The position numbers were made by a program, and so were the translations under genes. From contig ADNK01003027.1 of the NCBI GenBank assembly GCA_000320545.1, positions 3,249 to 67,248 on the forward strand: a DNA stretch of 64,000 nucleotides, written 5' to 3'. Numbering within the stretch: the stretch's first letter is position 1; the number at the start of each line of letters is the position of its first letter. This DNA comes from Bigelowiella natans CCMP2755 (lineage: Eukaryota; Protista; Cercozoa). Shown one piece after another: positions 1 through 13,719 of the stretch. The notes beneath the pieces are model-generated. The model ran no database searches and was not told the DNA's origin. It was given only the letters and a program-made list of their open reading frames with translations.

Positions 1-1257
1 GGTTGTTACTCACTCACAATGCTTTCTCCTTCCCATCCTTCTTCTTCTCAGAAAGACACAAACATCGAGGAAAAACTGGCAAGTCTCTACACACTTGGAC
101 ATGAAAGAGTGTATGGATGATGAGAATGCTGATGCTGCTGCTGCTGATGATGATGATGATAGAGAAATGAGTAGTGTCTACTACTTTCTTGTTAGAAGCA
201 TCTCCACCACATGCTATTGCTCCTGTGCAGAAGGCTTTAATATTATAATCACTGCGAAAGTAGGCTATTATTATAGGAAATCTTATCTGTCATTCATATT
301 ATGAGGAGAAACCTACTATTGCTTGTTTGTTTGCCGCTCGAGAAATGAAATACTTAATCCTATTGTTATTATATTACTACGTATTATTTTGTTGTAAACG
401 GGATCATTGTATTCGATGCTGATGTATTTACGATATAACCTATCAGATTTACCAACATTTTCCAGCGCTTAACCTTGCAAAGATACAGGAAGAAGCGCTT
501 TCGCAAGTCTCTTAGAAGAAAGGAGTATAAACGGGTAGTAGTACTATCTTGACAGTACTAGCAGTAGAAGTAACAGTAAAACTATGTTGTCGCAAGCAAG
601 AAGTTATCTACAGAACACGCTCAAAATAATAACGTGACCAACACTGTTAATATTTGTGATGATGATGATTCAGGCTAAAAAGGCAAACCCAAAGCTGATA
701 AAATCTAGAAAGATTTATTGGGAAAGTGACGCTGCATTAGAGGAGGCATATGAGGCTGATCCGGTATGATATTAAGATGCAAATGATGATCATGATGATG
801 ATGGTAATGATGCTAATTGCTGTCTGCAGTGATTATTCGACAAGATTAAACCGATGTTATATCAGGCAGAGACTCTTATGTTTGTTCTCTGAAAAGTTAT
901 CTTTATCTAATGTGGTGTTAAAATACAAAACAAATGTTCTTCTCACATATACTACTATCAATCCTCTTTATATCCATTCATCAGAATGATCAAGGATATG
1001 TCCTTCACCATCCAGACTTTATGGATACAGATATAGCCCCCTCGATCAAGAGAGTACTCTCTCCATCAACGAGACGTATGTCTAATCGAAAGATCCTGTT
1101 TGGTGATGGACTACGACCGTTCACGCATAAACCACTTACAGCTCATGAAAGAAGACGCCGTGCAAACTTACTTCACGCTGCACGCCCACCTTCCAAAAAA
1201 CCCAAACGTAAGCTTCCACCTCCCCCGCAGAAGCTGCCAGATAGTCCTTCGAGGTAG
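1..1257 (+). CDS. 3' part of a spliced gene, hypothetical protein (5' end outside window)
   Basis: GT-AG bounded exons join in frame: ~447-534 (FTNIFQRLTLQRYRKKRF...), ~674-772 (AKKANPKLIKSRKIYWESDAALEEAYEADP), ~986-1257 (NDQGYVLHHPDF...PDSPSR*). No family motif recognised. Confidence 0.5.
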
Positions 1258-1485
1258 AAGTAGCAAGTATGTGATGCGTGCATTATCCGATGTAAAAATA
1301 ACAGCATCTATTTCACAGAATTCTGTGTGCACGAAGTTCGTGAATGACTCATCGCAGCGAAAAGCACATTTGCTAACATTTATTGAGTGCTAATAATAAT
1401 ATACAGCGAGCAGCATCTGGACAACGCTACACTAGAATCGCCCAGTTGCCTGCATGCTGTGTTCAATGACATGATGCATGCACAC

Positions 1486-2613
1486 ATGAGACGGGCTAGC
1501 GGGTGGAATGAGGTGATTAAATCTTTTCAATTGCACTGTCATCCTCATGTGTCTGTGCAATGCTGCGGCTTCAGCGCTTTTGTCATGGCATAGCTACTCA
1601 TTCATGTCACTGCATGTGTCTCTTTTGTGCATGCAAAAGCATTCATGTCGATCACCACATCTAGACATGCATGCTGTGCACATGGCGTGCAGTACGCAAT
1701 TTTGTTCGGTCATCGTCAAGCGTTTGTTTTTGTCTCGCAAACCCTGTCTAGCTGTCATGATCGCTTCCAATTGATTGGGCATTCTCAGTTGATGTTGTGC
1801 GTGTTCCGGGCAGCTAAGCAAGTCTAGCTAGCTAGAGGTGGGTCAACATCATGCATCTTTGATCACTGCTCTAGTGCTGTCATGTGTGACAGTGAGCATC
1901 GTCTTCCTCATACCTGGAATCATTGGGCATCATGCACCGCACGCTAGCACGGTCGGCATGGCGCTATCCAGATTCACATGATGATGCACACAGCAATGTG
2001 ATGCACATTTGTCATCACATCACGTTGTCCACAATCTCATGCACACATGCATAGTTATCACATTGCTAGATTGCCACACATTGATCAAGGTGACAATTGA
2101 ACAAATTTGATTTGTTCATTGCATCCGTCTCACATGCACATTCACATGCACTAGCACATCTAGTACACGTGTGTGTGTGTGTGTGTGTGCAACACCAGAA
2201 ACACCACTGCTCTGCGCTGTGGCCATGCTAGCATGTCTGGATGTTGTTTGAATGATCGACAACAAAAAAAAATGAGCACACAGTGATGACAATTCATCAC
2301 GCACATCCTGACCCCATGCATGTTCATCATGTGCATGCATGCTCATCAGTTAATGTCCAGATGTGCATGTTAGGTGCCTAGCTGGAAGGCATAAGCGGCG
2401 TGACTCGTGCCATGATTCTCCATTGCTGTTGCCACATGAGCATGCGTGCGAACAATGCTACAAGGTCAATGCGTACACGTCAGCCTGTGACGGTCCTCTC
2501 AAGAACATGCTTGCGGATGTAGATGACAAAATATAACTAGAATAATGAATAACAAATAATGACACATTGCATTACATGCATGTCTATGCTACAACACGCT
2601 AGCTGTAATATAT

Positions 2614-2672
<59 letters not shown>

Positions 2673-2744
2673 GCCGCTGCATTGCACAGCTACATTAGGA
2701 TGACCATTGAAACAATTTAAACATTTCATTACATCCGTCTCATA
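1486..2744. mobile_element. Decayed non-autonomous element(s) bounded by inverted copies of a ~75-bp repeat (TIR/MITE-like); TpA-depleted
   Basis: 1486-1570 (atgagacgg...gtcatcctcatgtgtctgtgcaatgctgcggct) is a degenerate reverse complement of 2671-2744 (tagccgctgcattgcacagctacattaggatgacc...catccgtctcata). A further partial copy lies at 2089-2135. The same motif recurs at 14377-14450 and 61725-61798. Confidence 0.6.
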
Positions 2745-3010
2745 TATTAATGTGATTAAGAATACATAGAAACTTATTTGTTATAATACGTGTGCACAAT
2801 ATCAGGAATCATTGCGTGTGGTGCTACAAAAAGCTGAAGTGGATAGCATATCGAATGGCGAGAGTGCTATTTGTTAACAACCTAGAGATCTAAAATTCAT
2901 CATCCAACCTAAAGACCTAACATTCACCATCCCTGATGATAATTTGCTGTCGTTGAGACATCAATAATCTTTGTGCCGCAACCCTAATAAACAACTCGTT
3001 CCTTCTCTCC

Positions 3011-4887
3011 TCAATCTATTTGAAGAACTATGCCAGATTTTGCTGCAGGGGAACGACAACTCTTCGTGTTTTTGATGGCAGCAGCAGCCGCAACGGTAGC
3101 AGCATCACCCCCCCCAGAGAAGTATGAGGTGCTTCTTTTAATGTTGGATCCTACCTCAGGTTGATTGGCGCTCAGGTTTGGATGTATTCGTGCAAATTCA
3201 TACCCCTGAGGTCGGTCAGTGGTAGGAATGAAAAGCATTTAAATGGTGTTGATGTAAGCATATAATAATAACAACATATATTGATGACAAAGTACAACAT
3301 GCTGGTATTTGTTTTATAAAATTGTTATCATGCATTAACATAGGTAACATCTCATCTACAACACTATTCACTATATATTGCATCGGTGGATTGATATGGC
3401 ACAACACTACTACTACTACTACTACTACTACTAATACTTTAGAAATGAAGGACAGTCGTATCTTGTTTTCTTCTTCCTCAGTAAAAGCAAAAGGGTCGTC
3501 AGCCTCATCTTTATTATTTTCCTCATTGTTCTTGTTTTTCTCTTGATCTTTTTCTCCTTCTGCATTGCTGCTCTTGTTCTTATTATTAACAATTCGTAAG
3601 CACACAACAGCTCCCCCAGATCCAGAGAACTTAGCCGCCATTCCGAAGTTCTTGGCCAAGGACACCAGCTCTATATTTCTACACCCCACACACCACAATT
3701 TACACAATAACAAATCGTCTTAACATTCGCACAGCACGGGTAGTATCTGAAAGAAGAAGAAGACATTTCATATTACACACACAAACACTGCCTCACCGTT
3801 CCCCTACGACGCCATCCCCATACATTTTCCTCCTTAGAGCAAAGTTTTTTTGCATTAGCCCTGCTAGATCTTCTGGGGTGTTATCTGCAACAAGGGCCTT
3901 CTTGGCCTCATCAGCAAATGATGCAACTTCTTTCATACCATCTACAATCAACTTTTCTCCCTTTATCCATCGCTGCTTTGCGGTACTAGAAGAAGAAGAA
4001 AAAGAAGAAAAAAGGAGGAGGAAAAAGAAGAATCACATATCCATCAGACACTACTCTGACTTACTCTATTATTGTCACTACCATCATGATCATCATCATC
4101 ACCATCATCATCACCATTACCTGTGCACTTTGCCACTTTCTTCTGCAACAGTCGTGTTCCAAGCTAAGTACCTTAGAATTAGCATGATGATGGATCATGG
4201 GTAGTGAGAAGTGAGGAAAGTGCTTTTGTATGGATCTTCTTGGCTAACAGCTGCTCCTGATTCATAATGACGATAAGGGATAATATAGTGGTACTTTTCA
4301 TATTATTATTATTATTACATTGTTGGAAGTAGCTTGGGGTCTATAGGTGTATAATCTCCGTGACCCTGAGTCTTTATAAGCTTGGAATCGAAGTTCATGT
4401 GCACCAAACCACCGTAAACCTGACATTAGTTTAAGTATTATCTTCAAAAGTATATTTGAATTTATGCTGCATCGTATTGATGGCGCTCTGCTCACTTTAC
4501 CATCATTATATATCGGACAAATATGCAATAAAACAATGGGAAATAGCATCTGTTTAGATATTCTCACAAAGGCCCAATCTCAACATAGGTTGTAGCTATT
4601 TATCATCATCATCATCATTATTATTGGTTATGTTATCATATACAGTAGTAGCAGTAGATATTGATATACGGCACAACGAATGAACGAAGAAGAAGAGGCG
4701 AGATAGGTATTATTTCTAGAAGCAGCACCTGGATTACACGGTCTTGGAGACCTGCATTGATTCCCAACTCATTTACCTGATTAGATATGAAAAGTGTGTG
4801 TGCAGCAAAAAAGTCTAGCAGGCTAGCAGTACCAGTCTACATCAATCTCACTATGTGCTATGTTATAATCATAATCACCACCATCAC

Positions 4888-4920
<33 letters not shown>

Positions 4921-5019
4921 ACGACTACTACACCTCTATATCAAGGATCTTCTGCGGTAGAGCTTCCTTCTTCAGTTTCAAGTCCAATAACGTCAATCCA
5001 TAGAACCGCATTAGCCCTG

Positions 5020-5053
<34 letters not shown>

Positions 5054-5412
5054 CGGTTGTTGTTGTTGTTGTTGTTGGTGGTGGTGGTGCTGTTGTTGCG
5101 AGAACCATAATAAGACTACACTACTACTTCCTTAGATCATCATCACCATCACGTTGAAAAAACTCTTCAATTGACTGATAGATCCATTATGGCGTGTGTC
5201 ACATTGTCATCGATAGTAGGATTTAAGAAGAAGTGTGCTAATAATCTGAATGATATACTACCTTTAAATGCTGCGGTGATGATAGCAGAGGACCCAGCCA
5301 GACCAACCATACGAGGAATGGTAGTTGAGTAAGACATTGTGAAATTGCCGCTCACCTCTACCTGCTCAGTGGAGATAATAGCATACACGCACACGCTGCT
5401 TTCAAATTGGGG

Positions 5413-5462
<50 letters not shown>

Positions 5463-5598
5463 TTCGTGCAGCAGTACACAAACGCTTATTACATCGGAGA
5501 AAATGATGATGATGATGATGATGATGACGACGATGATGATATTATTAAAGTCCTGTGCAAGTCTGTGATGAGTCATGGATTATCATCAAGTAGTAGTT

Positions 5599-5631
<33 letters not shown>

Positions 5632-5977
5632 CCCCAGCATCCTTGCACAACTGTTTGAACATTCTGCAGGTAGCCTAATTATGTACAGAAGAAGAAAGAA
5701 GAAGATGATGAAAAATCAAGACAGATACGGCCACAAGCACCCAAACACTGATTTCACATCCTCATCACCACCACCTTCTCTTCCTCTTACTACTACTACT
5801 ACTTCTACTACCAAAATACTACTACTATTAGTACTGGTAAGCACCTTGAGCAACCTTAGACCCCCGTAGTAGCCATTCTGATCAGTGTGCCCTGCCAAGT
5901 GCTCGAGAGAGGAAAAGCTTGAAGGGTCAAATTCTGGATGTGCTACTAGAACAAGCCGTCGGCTGTGATGATGAAGA

Positions 5978-6034
<57 letters not shown>

Positions 6035-6375
6035 GGAAGTGGGGAGGATTGAATCATTTGCTGCTGGTGCTACTGCTACTGGTAGTGGTGGTGGTTGTAT
6101 GTGGATTTACCACTACTTTCTTCTACTATTACTTGTTCTACTACTACTACCTTGGCCTCAACGTGACCTCTGCATGGAAGTTACGAATGGATAACGATAA
6201 TGTTTTACCACCAAATCCATCGGATGGATTTCCCATCACCCCTTTCACAATAAAGAAGTAGTAGTAGTAGTAGTAGTAGTAGTGTCATAAAGCAACAAAA
6301 TCAATGACGCAAAGGAAAGATGATAATAATTACATCTATTTACATAAAATATATATATGTAGTACTAAAAGGTGG

Positions 6376-6420
<45 letters not shown>

Positions 6421-6497
6421 TAGTACCGATCCTAGCACACACTCTTGAAACTACTTTGGGTGGAAGCTTATTTAAGTGCTCATCAAGAACCTAAATA

Positions 6498-6546
<49 letters not shown>

Positions 6547-8172
6547 CAGCAGCAGCAAGTTAGGAGAATATGAAGCATTGCTTTCAACTCAGGACTATAT
6601 ATCAACCATTGCTTTTCACATCAACAACAACTCAGGACTATATATCAACCATTGCTTGCAACATCAACAACAACTCAGGACTATATATCAACCATTGCTT
6701 TTCACATCAACAACAACTCAGGACTATATATCAACCATTGCTTGCAACATCAACAACAACTCAGGACTATATATCAACCATTGCTTGCAACATCAACAAC
6801 AACTCAGGACTATATATCAACCATTGCTTGCAACATCAACAATATAATAACCATGCTAAAGTGAGTGAGTGTTTCCTTCCATTGTGCAAGATCAGCTATA
6901 TCAAATCTTCCTATAAGGGGTGCCCCTCGAAGTTGAATCTTTTTCTCTTTCACCAACCACCCCATCATCCCTCCTGTTTCAACCAAATCGTTGGAATTAA
7001 TAATAATAATAACAATGATGATAATGATGATAATGATGATAATGCTGAGTGAGATGGAAGAAATGGGAGCGACAATGGAGGGGTGGGGCTTGTTGGTGCC
7101 GCCTCCTTCTATTATCGACTGCATTGATAGAAGATTGAATAGTAGCTGGTACGGAGAGAAAACAACAGCAGCAATAATGATAGATAACAGTGATGATGAA
7201 GATAGTTGTTAATAGTGTTGATTACCAATGCTGTCAGCATGAGGATTAGTGCCAGGTGGTGCTTTGCTCTTGTGTTCCTTGTCGTCCTCTTCTCCATTGT
7301 AATCGCTACTTGCACCAATTTGTGATCCAAAACTACGAATGTGCTTCAAAACCACCTGCTTTCACAGCCGTCATCGTCGTTATTATTATGATTATAGGAG
7401 CACCAACATTAACACCAACATCAGCAACGTGCAGAGCAATAATTCTTCCATAGCTCCATCATACTAACACATCTACTACTATTACTACTACTACTACTAC
7501 CACTACTTCAGGAAGGACATGACAGACTGAAGAGCTTCATGGATCATGAGGTACTCAATAAAACTATGCTACTATTCAACAACTCTTTCATCCTCCTCAC
7601 CCTTGATCTAAGCGCATAGAATGCAGGGCAAGCAAAACGAGATGTCGTTTGGTTATGAAGTGGTTTCTCTAGAAGCTTTATGACTAATCCGCTTGATTCC
7701 TCAACCTGTAAATATGAGTGAAAGTAATTTAATTACGTGATATATTAAGTGGTCAGTGATGATGATGATGATGACGGATTTATAGATTGTTTACTACAGG
7801 GATAATAATACTAACTACTTGCGATGGTGTTGGTAGTGTATGATTACTGACTTTAATATTTTATGCATGCATGCTTGTGTGTGTGTGTGTGTGTGTGTGT
7901 GTGCCGTCTGTAGAAGAAGTACCACCACCACTTCCACTACCAAGCAGAAGCAGGGGAAGAGTATTGGTGATAGATTTGATCATTGCTAAGGCGTCATTAT
8001 CATGTACAGCAGCCATCATCAGGTGGTATTGCTGTTTAGACGACGACTACGGTAAATAGGCAGAAACACCTCTACAATTCCACGCTTGGACACCTATAGT
8101 ATTGGTAAGAGTAGTAGTTATTATTATTATTATTAGTAGGAAGTCTTATTCGTAACATCGTCATCTCATCAC

Positions 8173-8209
<37 letters not shown>

Positions 8210-10161
8210 GTTGTTGTTGTAAAGCACCATCACTACCTCGCTTGGATCCGAGAGTTTATAGTACACACAACCACACTTCTTCTCGGGGAGGCGCTCAAGA
8301 AACGACGTAAGCTCAAAGTCAGATAAAAACAATGTGTCCTACAATTCGTCAAAGAATAGTAGTAGTAGTAGTAGTAGTAGTAGTTGCATATATTATGTGA
8401 CGACGATAGTAATATAATGAATGCATGAATGATGATTCATATATGTAGTAGTAGTAGTAGTAGTAGTAGTAGTATATAATCCTCAAAATGACAAGTAGCA
8501 TTGCCACCCTATCACCCACCTACACAACGATGTTCCCATCATCGGATTATCACATACAATTGGTGCATCTACTAACTGTACTGTACTGTATTGTGTATTA
8601 GAACATATCATTGCTTACCCCTGCAACGACAAGAATATCAAAGCCATCTATTTCCTTCCTGGCATAGGTAGTAATTAATGAAATGATTATATGATCATCA
8701 ATGGGATGATTATATGGTATGTTGGTCTTACATCTATTAGGACAAAGAAGTAAGGTAGGTAGTATAGCTGCTGCTTCTTCTTCTTCTTCTTCCACCACTA
8801 CTTGTCGTTCTACGTGAATAATAACCTTTTCTTCTCAATTACGAGTTTAAGGTCCCCAACAGCGCCCAGCCGACCCTCATATGTCTTTGTTTCATCATTG
8901 ATCACATTCTCTAATGATGTATCATAAGTTGTAAGTATGGATATATTGTTGTCGATGCGAGAATGATGATAACGTGACGTTGTGAGACGACGACATCGGT
9001 TGTATTAGTGAAGATGAATACATGATAGATATGGAAATAGTAGTAGTAGTAGCGTGGCTGATATCCCCATGTTACGAAATTAAAATGAATGCACTTATTT
9101 CTCGATCGGTGTTCTACACTCGTCCCAACAATCTCCTAATCTTAGTCACTCCCCCCTCTCTACCCCTCTCTGTCGCACTCTCTCTTGTTTGTTATATATT
9201 GCTATCTCCTGTTGGCAATCCTAAAAACCAGCATCAACCTGTCGCAAAGCCATCGACTCCGTTTGCCCATTTAACAAACTTAGGGTACATTAAAGCGTTG
9301 GTAACAATATACACCCTCGAAAGATCAACCAGACCCTAAATAGAGAGGAGGATAGTGGTGGTGACAGTGGTGGTGGTGGTGTCCATATAATGACGACTAA
9401 TATTATTATAATATACAACTGTGAGTATTGTGAGGACGATGCAAGTGAGAAGGAAAGTAAATAATAATAATAGTGCATATCGTCTCTTTGAATCGATGAA
9501 TCCAGTGATCCAACAGTAATAATAATAATAATATTCATACATACATCAGTCTCTTTGAATCGATGAATCCAGTGATCCAACAGCGGCTTACCACCAACAG
9601 GCAATAGAGCTAAATTATGATGATTTCAATCTCGTGAGAAATTAGTACCCGTTTAATAAAATGCAAACTTTGTTGCTCACTCACCTTTAGGTTGGCCGAC
9701 TTATTCGAGAATAATACGTTTCGCATCGTCGTTTCAATGATTATATCACAGTAACACAATACAAACATTACTTAGCCGGAAAATACGAAGAACATCATAA
9801 AGAAAAGTTGTGGGGGACATTATTCTTTGCTTACGTAAGTGAATGAATTGGCCACTATCATCTGCAATGATGTCTTTGTGTAGCCGACTGCCTATTTGTT
9901 GCATGATAGCACGCAACGAATCAGAACAAATGCGGCTCATCGAAAGGTAGTAAGTAATGGCTGCTAAGGCGGTTGCTATTGCCATTATGGTGCATATATG
10001 TACGAACAATTGCGGCAAAACGGACAGCAACGACTAGATATCTTAAGGTTCCGGACCTCATTTTGGGTGATTGATCAATGGTGTTGTCACTATGTGCTAC
10101 CATATCCTGCAGCAAGGACGACGACCGCCCATCGCCTGGCTTCTTTTTCTTGATCGCTCAT
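3011..10161 (-). CDS. gkup: Fusion of sugar-1-phosphate nucleotidyltransferase and glucuronokinase (GHMP kinase); multi-exon
   Basis: ATG at 10161 gives MSDQEKEARRWAVVVLAAGYG. Nucleotidyltransferase exons: SRLHKDI, ALLPVGGKPLLDHW, NDETKTYEGRLGAVGDL, LLEKP, GRFDI. Kinase exons: RIGVMGNPSDGFGGKT, GYYGGLRLLK, TTIPRMVGLAGSSAII (GHMP ATP loop), VYGGLVHMNF, AAKFSGSGGAVV. Last exon GYEFARI...LQID* ends at 3011. Confidence 0.88.
6587..6842. repeat. Intronic minisatellite, 6 x 43 bp
   Basis: Unit actcaggactatatatcaaccattgctt(ttc/gca)acatcaacaaca starts at 6587, 6630, 6673, 6716, 6759, 6802; two unit variants. Confidence 0.95.
9482..9583. repeat. ~34-bp direct duplication of exon sequence into the adjacent intron
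   Basis: gtctctttgaatcgatgaatccagtgatccaacag occurs at ~9482 and ~9549, separated by (taa)n. Confidence 0.9.
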
Positions 10162-10618
10162 AAAATGCTACTATTGCCTGCTTGAAAAGTGTGAAAATTT
10201 GCAGCGTTGGGGCTATTGAAGGATGATAATGATGATGGTGATGATGATAATGATGATGATGATGAATGATAGCAAGTCGTGATAGGGTGTATTAACGTAC
10301 TTACGTGCGTCGGAAGATAGGTCAAAGCAGCAAGGTGTTTATAGTAGTAGTATAGTGTTGTTCGACTGCACTGTTTGTACAACAGCACATGGTCACAGTA
10401 GGCAGACAGGCAGGCAGAAAGACCTTAGGCGGATGATCTAATCCGAGTAGAGGTATTGTTAGTAGTAGCGATGTGTGTGTGTGTGTGTGTAGTAGAATCT
10501 GATCAAGGTGGTGGTGGTGCTCTCTTTGTTGTAGTTGTTGTTGTTGTTGTTGTTGTTTCCTGCTCTGTCATAGTATATAAGTATATGTTATCTCAGTGAG
10601 ATATCACAACAAGCAGCG

Positions 10619-10690
10619 TCCGCGTTAGTACAATGGTTAGTATTCCTGCCTGTCACGCAGGAGATCGGAGTTCGATTCTCCGACGCGGAG
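10619..10690 (+). tRNA. trnD-GUC: tRNA-Asp (anticodon GTC), intronless
   Basis: Acceptor stem TCCGCGT/ACGCGGA plus discriminator G; D arm TAGTACAATGGTTAGTA; anticodon arm CCTGC-CTGTCAC-GCAGG; T arm CGGAG-TTCGATT-CTCCG. A T5 run at 10702-10706 could act as Pol III terminator. Confidence 0.96.
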
Positions 10691-11300
10691 GGAACTCGAA
10701 GTTTTTGTTTCGTAAAAACATATTTCATGAGACACATTTGGGGGTTTTATCCCTGCGACAAACCTTTTTGTGATATCCCGATAATAATTCTCCGATGCCT
10801 GACATTTCTCCGCTCATCTACCAAGCAAACACCCTCCTCCTCCTCCTCCTCCTCCTCCTCTTCCCACTCTTCTGCACAACTTGTAATACATATCCAAACA
10901 AAAGAAAGCACTAAACCAATTTAAGGTTCATGTATAACGTATGATTCAATTATATTCTGTTCGTGCTGTATTTAAACTTGTTTCATTATTTACCATCTAT
11001 TTTTTTCACCTTTAGTCCTTCCTTCTTCTGAGAGCACAACCAACGAAGGCTTGTGTTGTTTGGACGATGAAAACGGCCTCAAGGCCCGCTTCGAAGAATG
11101 GAATTTCAGGAAGAAAATCAAAGTCCTTAAATAATAAGGTCGTATCGAATGAGAGAAAAATGTGGAAATCGTATCGCCCACAGCCAAACCACACATACGG
11201 GTATGAGGGTTAGTAGGACAAACACACGCACACAAAATGGTCTGCGGATGGTAATACCCCAGCTTAGATGCAAATCTACATAATTTAGAAGGGTGCAACG

Positions 11301-12456
11301 ATGGCTGCGAAGAAAGCTTCTTCTTCTTCTTCTTCTTCTTCTTCTTCTTCTTCTTCTTCATCCGTTTCAACTCCACGAGAACCTGGGACACGTCGTAAAC
11401 GAGGCCTTGCACCTGAAGAGCTCAAGGCTAAGGGAAACGAAGCATTCAAGGACCAAAAATATGATCAGGCCATTGACTTGTAAGCGATCTACTTTATGGA
11501 AGCCTCTTGCATGAATATTGGAAATGATACTAGATTAAAAAAATAGAGAGTGATAATTGCTTAGAGGTCAGTGTGAATTTTTAATGATGAATATGTTCTT
11601 ATTATGCATTGCGGATTATAATAATTTATAGTTTCAAGAGGGCAATTGCCTTGGATCCCCACAATCATATATACTACAGTAATAGAAGCGCTACATATAC
11701 CGCGAAGGTATTAGAGTTCTACCACACAACAGTATAACCGACTACTATATTCTTCTTCGAGCGAATGAACAACCCTCCATCGATTTTTCCGCTATTGGTT
11801 CAGTTTGCGAAATTGTTTCAGCATACATACATACACATGCATGCATGCATTAACGTTATTTTAATGTTTAAAAGGCTCTTGGAGACAACATCACATTCAG
11901 TACCGTGAAGGGGCTTGCCAAGGTGGTGAAAATTATCACATGTATAATGCGAATAATAATGTGGTTATTGGTGCGCAGATTATGCTTTATTTTTTCCGAT
12001 TTTTATGATGGTTATTGGGGTCATATCCGGCGTAAAAGGAAGGATAAGTGAAGAATAATTTGTCCTCCTTCTTCTTCCACATTTCCTACAAATCCCTTCT
12101 CTTCCTCCTCTCCCCTGCTTATTATTCACCATAAAGCAAGGAATATTGGACGCCAAGAAATGTATATCTCTTGAGCGTACATTTGGAAAAGGATACATGC
12201 GATGGGCAACCGCTCTAATGTTAATCTTTGACTTCAAAGCTGCCGTAAGGTGGCAATATACTACGACGCAAAAAATATATGTGTCGCGCCAACCATACAT
12301 TATCATGCATGTGTTATCTTTGGAGAGGGCGATGAATGAATGAGTGTGTTCTCTTTTCTTCCGTAATCGTCGATGCTGATCTGTTTGCTGCTGCTGCCTG
12401 CTGCTGCTACTACTGTTTGCGTTGAATTTGATGTATTAATACACCATCAATTACAT

Positions 12457-12487
<31 letters not shown>

Positions 12488-12495
12488 GACGGTTG

Positions 12496-12564
<69 letters not shown>

Positions 12565-13521
12565 TACTAGAGTCATCAAGAAAGGACTTGAAGCTGTTCC
12601 TAAAGATCCCCTCCTCACCAAAAACCTTAAAAAAGCGAAGGTAGGTGTGTCGCTCTAGATAATTTAATTAATGATCATATCTGATCTTTTTCTCGACAAC
12701 CACAAATGAATGCTGGATGATTGAGTATCTATCTATCACCAGGAAAAACTAGCACGGTGGGAAAAGGGACTGGGTGTAAAACGGCGAAGACCAAGTAGTA
12801 CAGATACAATCGATGACAGGGAAGATGAGAAGAAGAAGAAGAAGAAGGGGGAAAACAGCAGACTAATGAACTCTTATGATGATCTTCACCAGCATCATTA
12901 TCATTCGTCGTTCCCCGATATCATAACTATGGCAGGTGGATTTCGAATAGGCGAGGAGGATACGGCTGCGGAAAAAGCACGTAAGGAGGAACTCAAGGAA
13001 TTGCGACGTCAATTTCTGGAAGAGTCGAAATTAAACGAGGTTTGAACATTTTTATTTTATAAAAGAATACCTTGTTGCAGGAAGGAAAATCCTACTATAA
13101 CAGCTCAGTTTGTAAAGATCTACTGCTGCTGCTGCTGCTGCTGCTGCCATTTTTGTAGTTGTCACATGCAATAAATGTCTGCTCCTTAGAGACTACGACG
13201 ACATATCATCTTATATATTTGATGAAATACAATAAGATATCTCACTCCTTTACCCCAAGAAAGAGGAAGAACAACAATACCCCATTCATTCTCCTCATGA
13301 TCCTTTTTCTGCATCATCAACTCATAGATAAGTGAACGGAATCGTCTTTTGAAAGCAGAGGGAATAATACTTCCAAAATCAAATATTATGGTACAATGCA
13401 CACGTCGTCGTCTTTTGAGTCAGCCAGAAGTAGAACGTGTAACCTGCAACAGACTACTTTCTAAGAGCGAAACATCTTCCTTTGCACACAATGGTGATAC
13501 GCCAACTGCAAAGAGAAAATA
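11301..13521 (+). CDS. TPR-domain protein (STI1/SGT-type three-TPR carboxylate clamp); multi-exon
   Basis: EELKAKGNEAFKDQKYDQAIDL | ...AIALDPHNHIYYSNRSATY | DAKKCISLERTFGKGYMRWATA | KKGLEAVPKDP match the co-chaperone TPR consensus. The 3' exon (13328-13521) is tentative. Confidence 0.8.
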
Positions 13522-13719
13522 ACGATTTATTTCTTAGTTTACCTAAACTTAATATGTATTTACAACGTTTTAATCTCTCCAGGGAGCTCCATCGCAGAGT
13601 GGATTTCAGCCGTTTGGAGATTATTTTACACACAAGAATAAAAGGCGGAAACGGAGAAGAAAAAGAATATCGGCGTATGACTAAACAGATTTCTTGTGCT
13701 CACACCCAACCATCTTCTA

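Noticed and set aside
6587-6842. CRISPR-like array
   Set aside because: Contiguous 43-bp units with no unique spacers; intronic in a eukaryotic gene; no cas genes.
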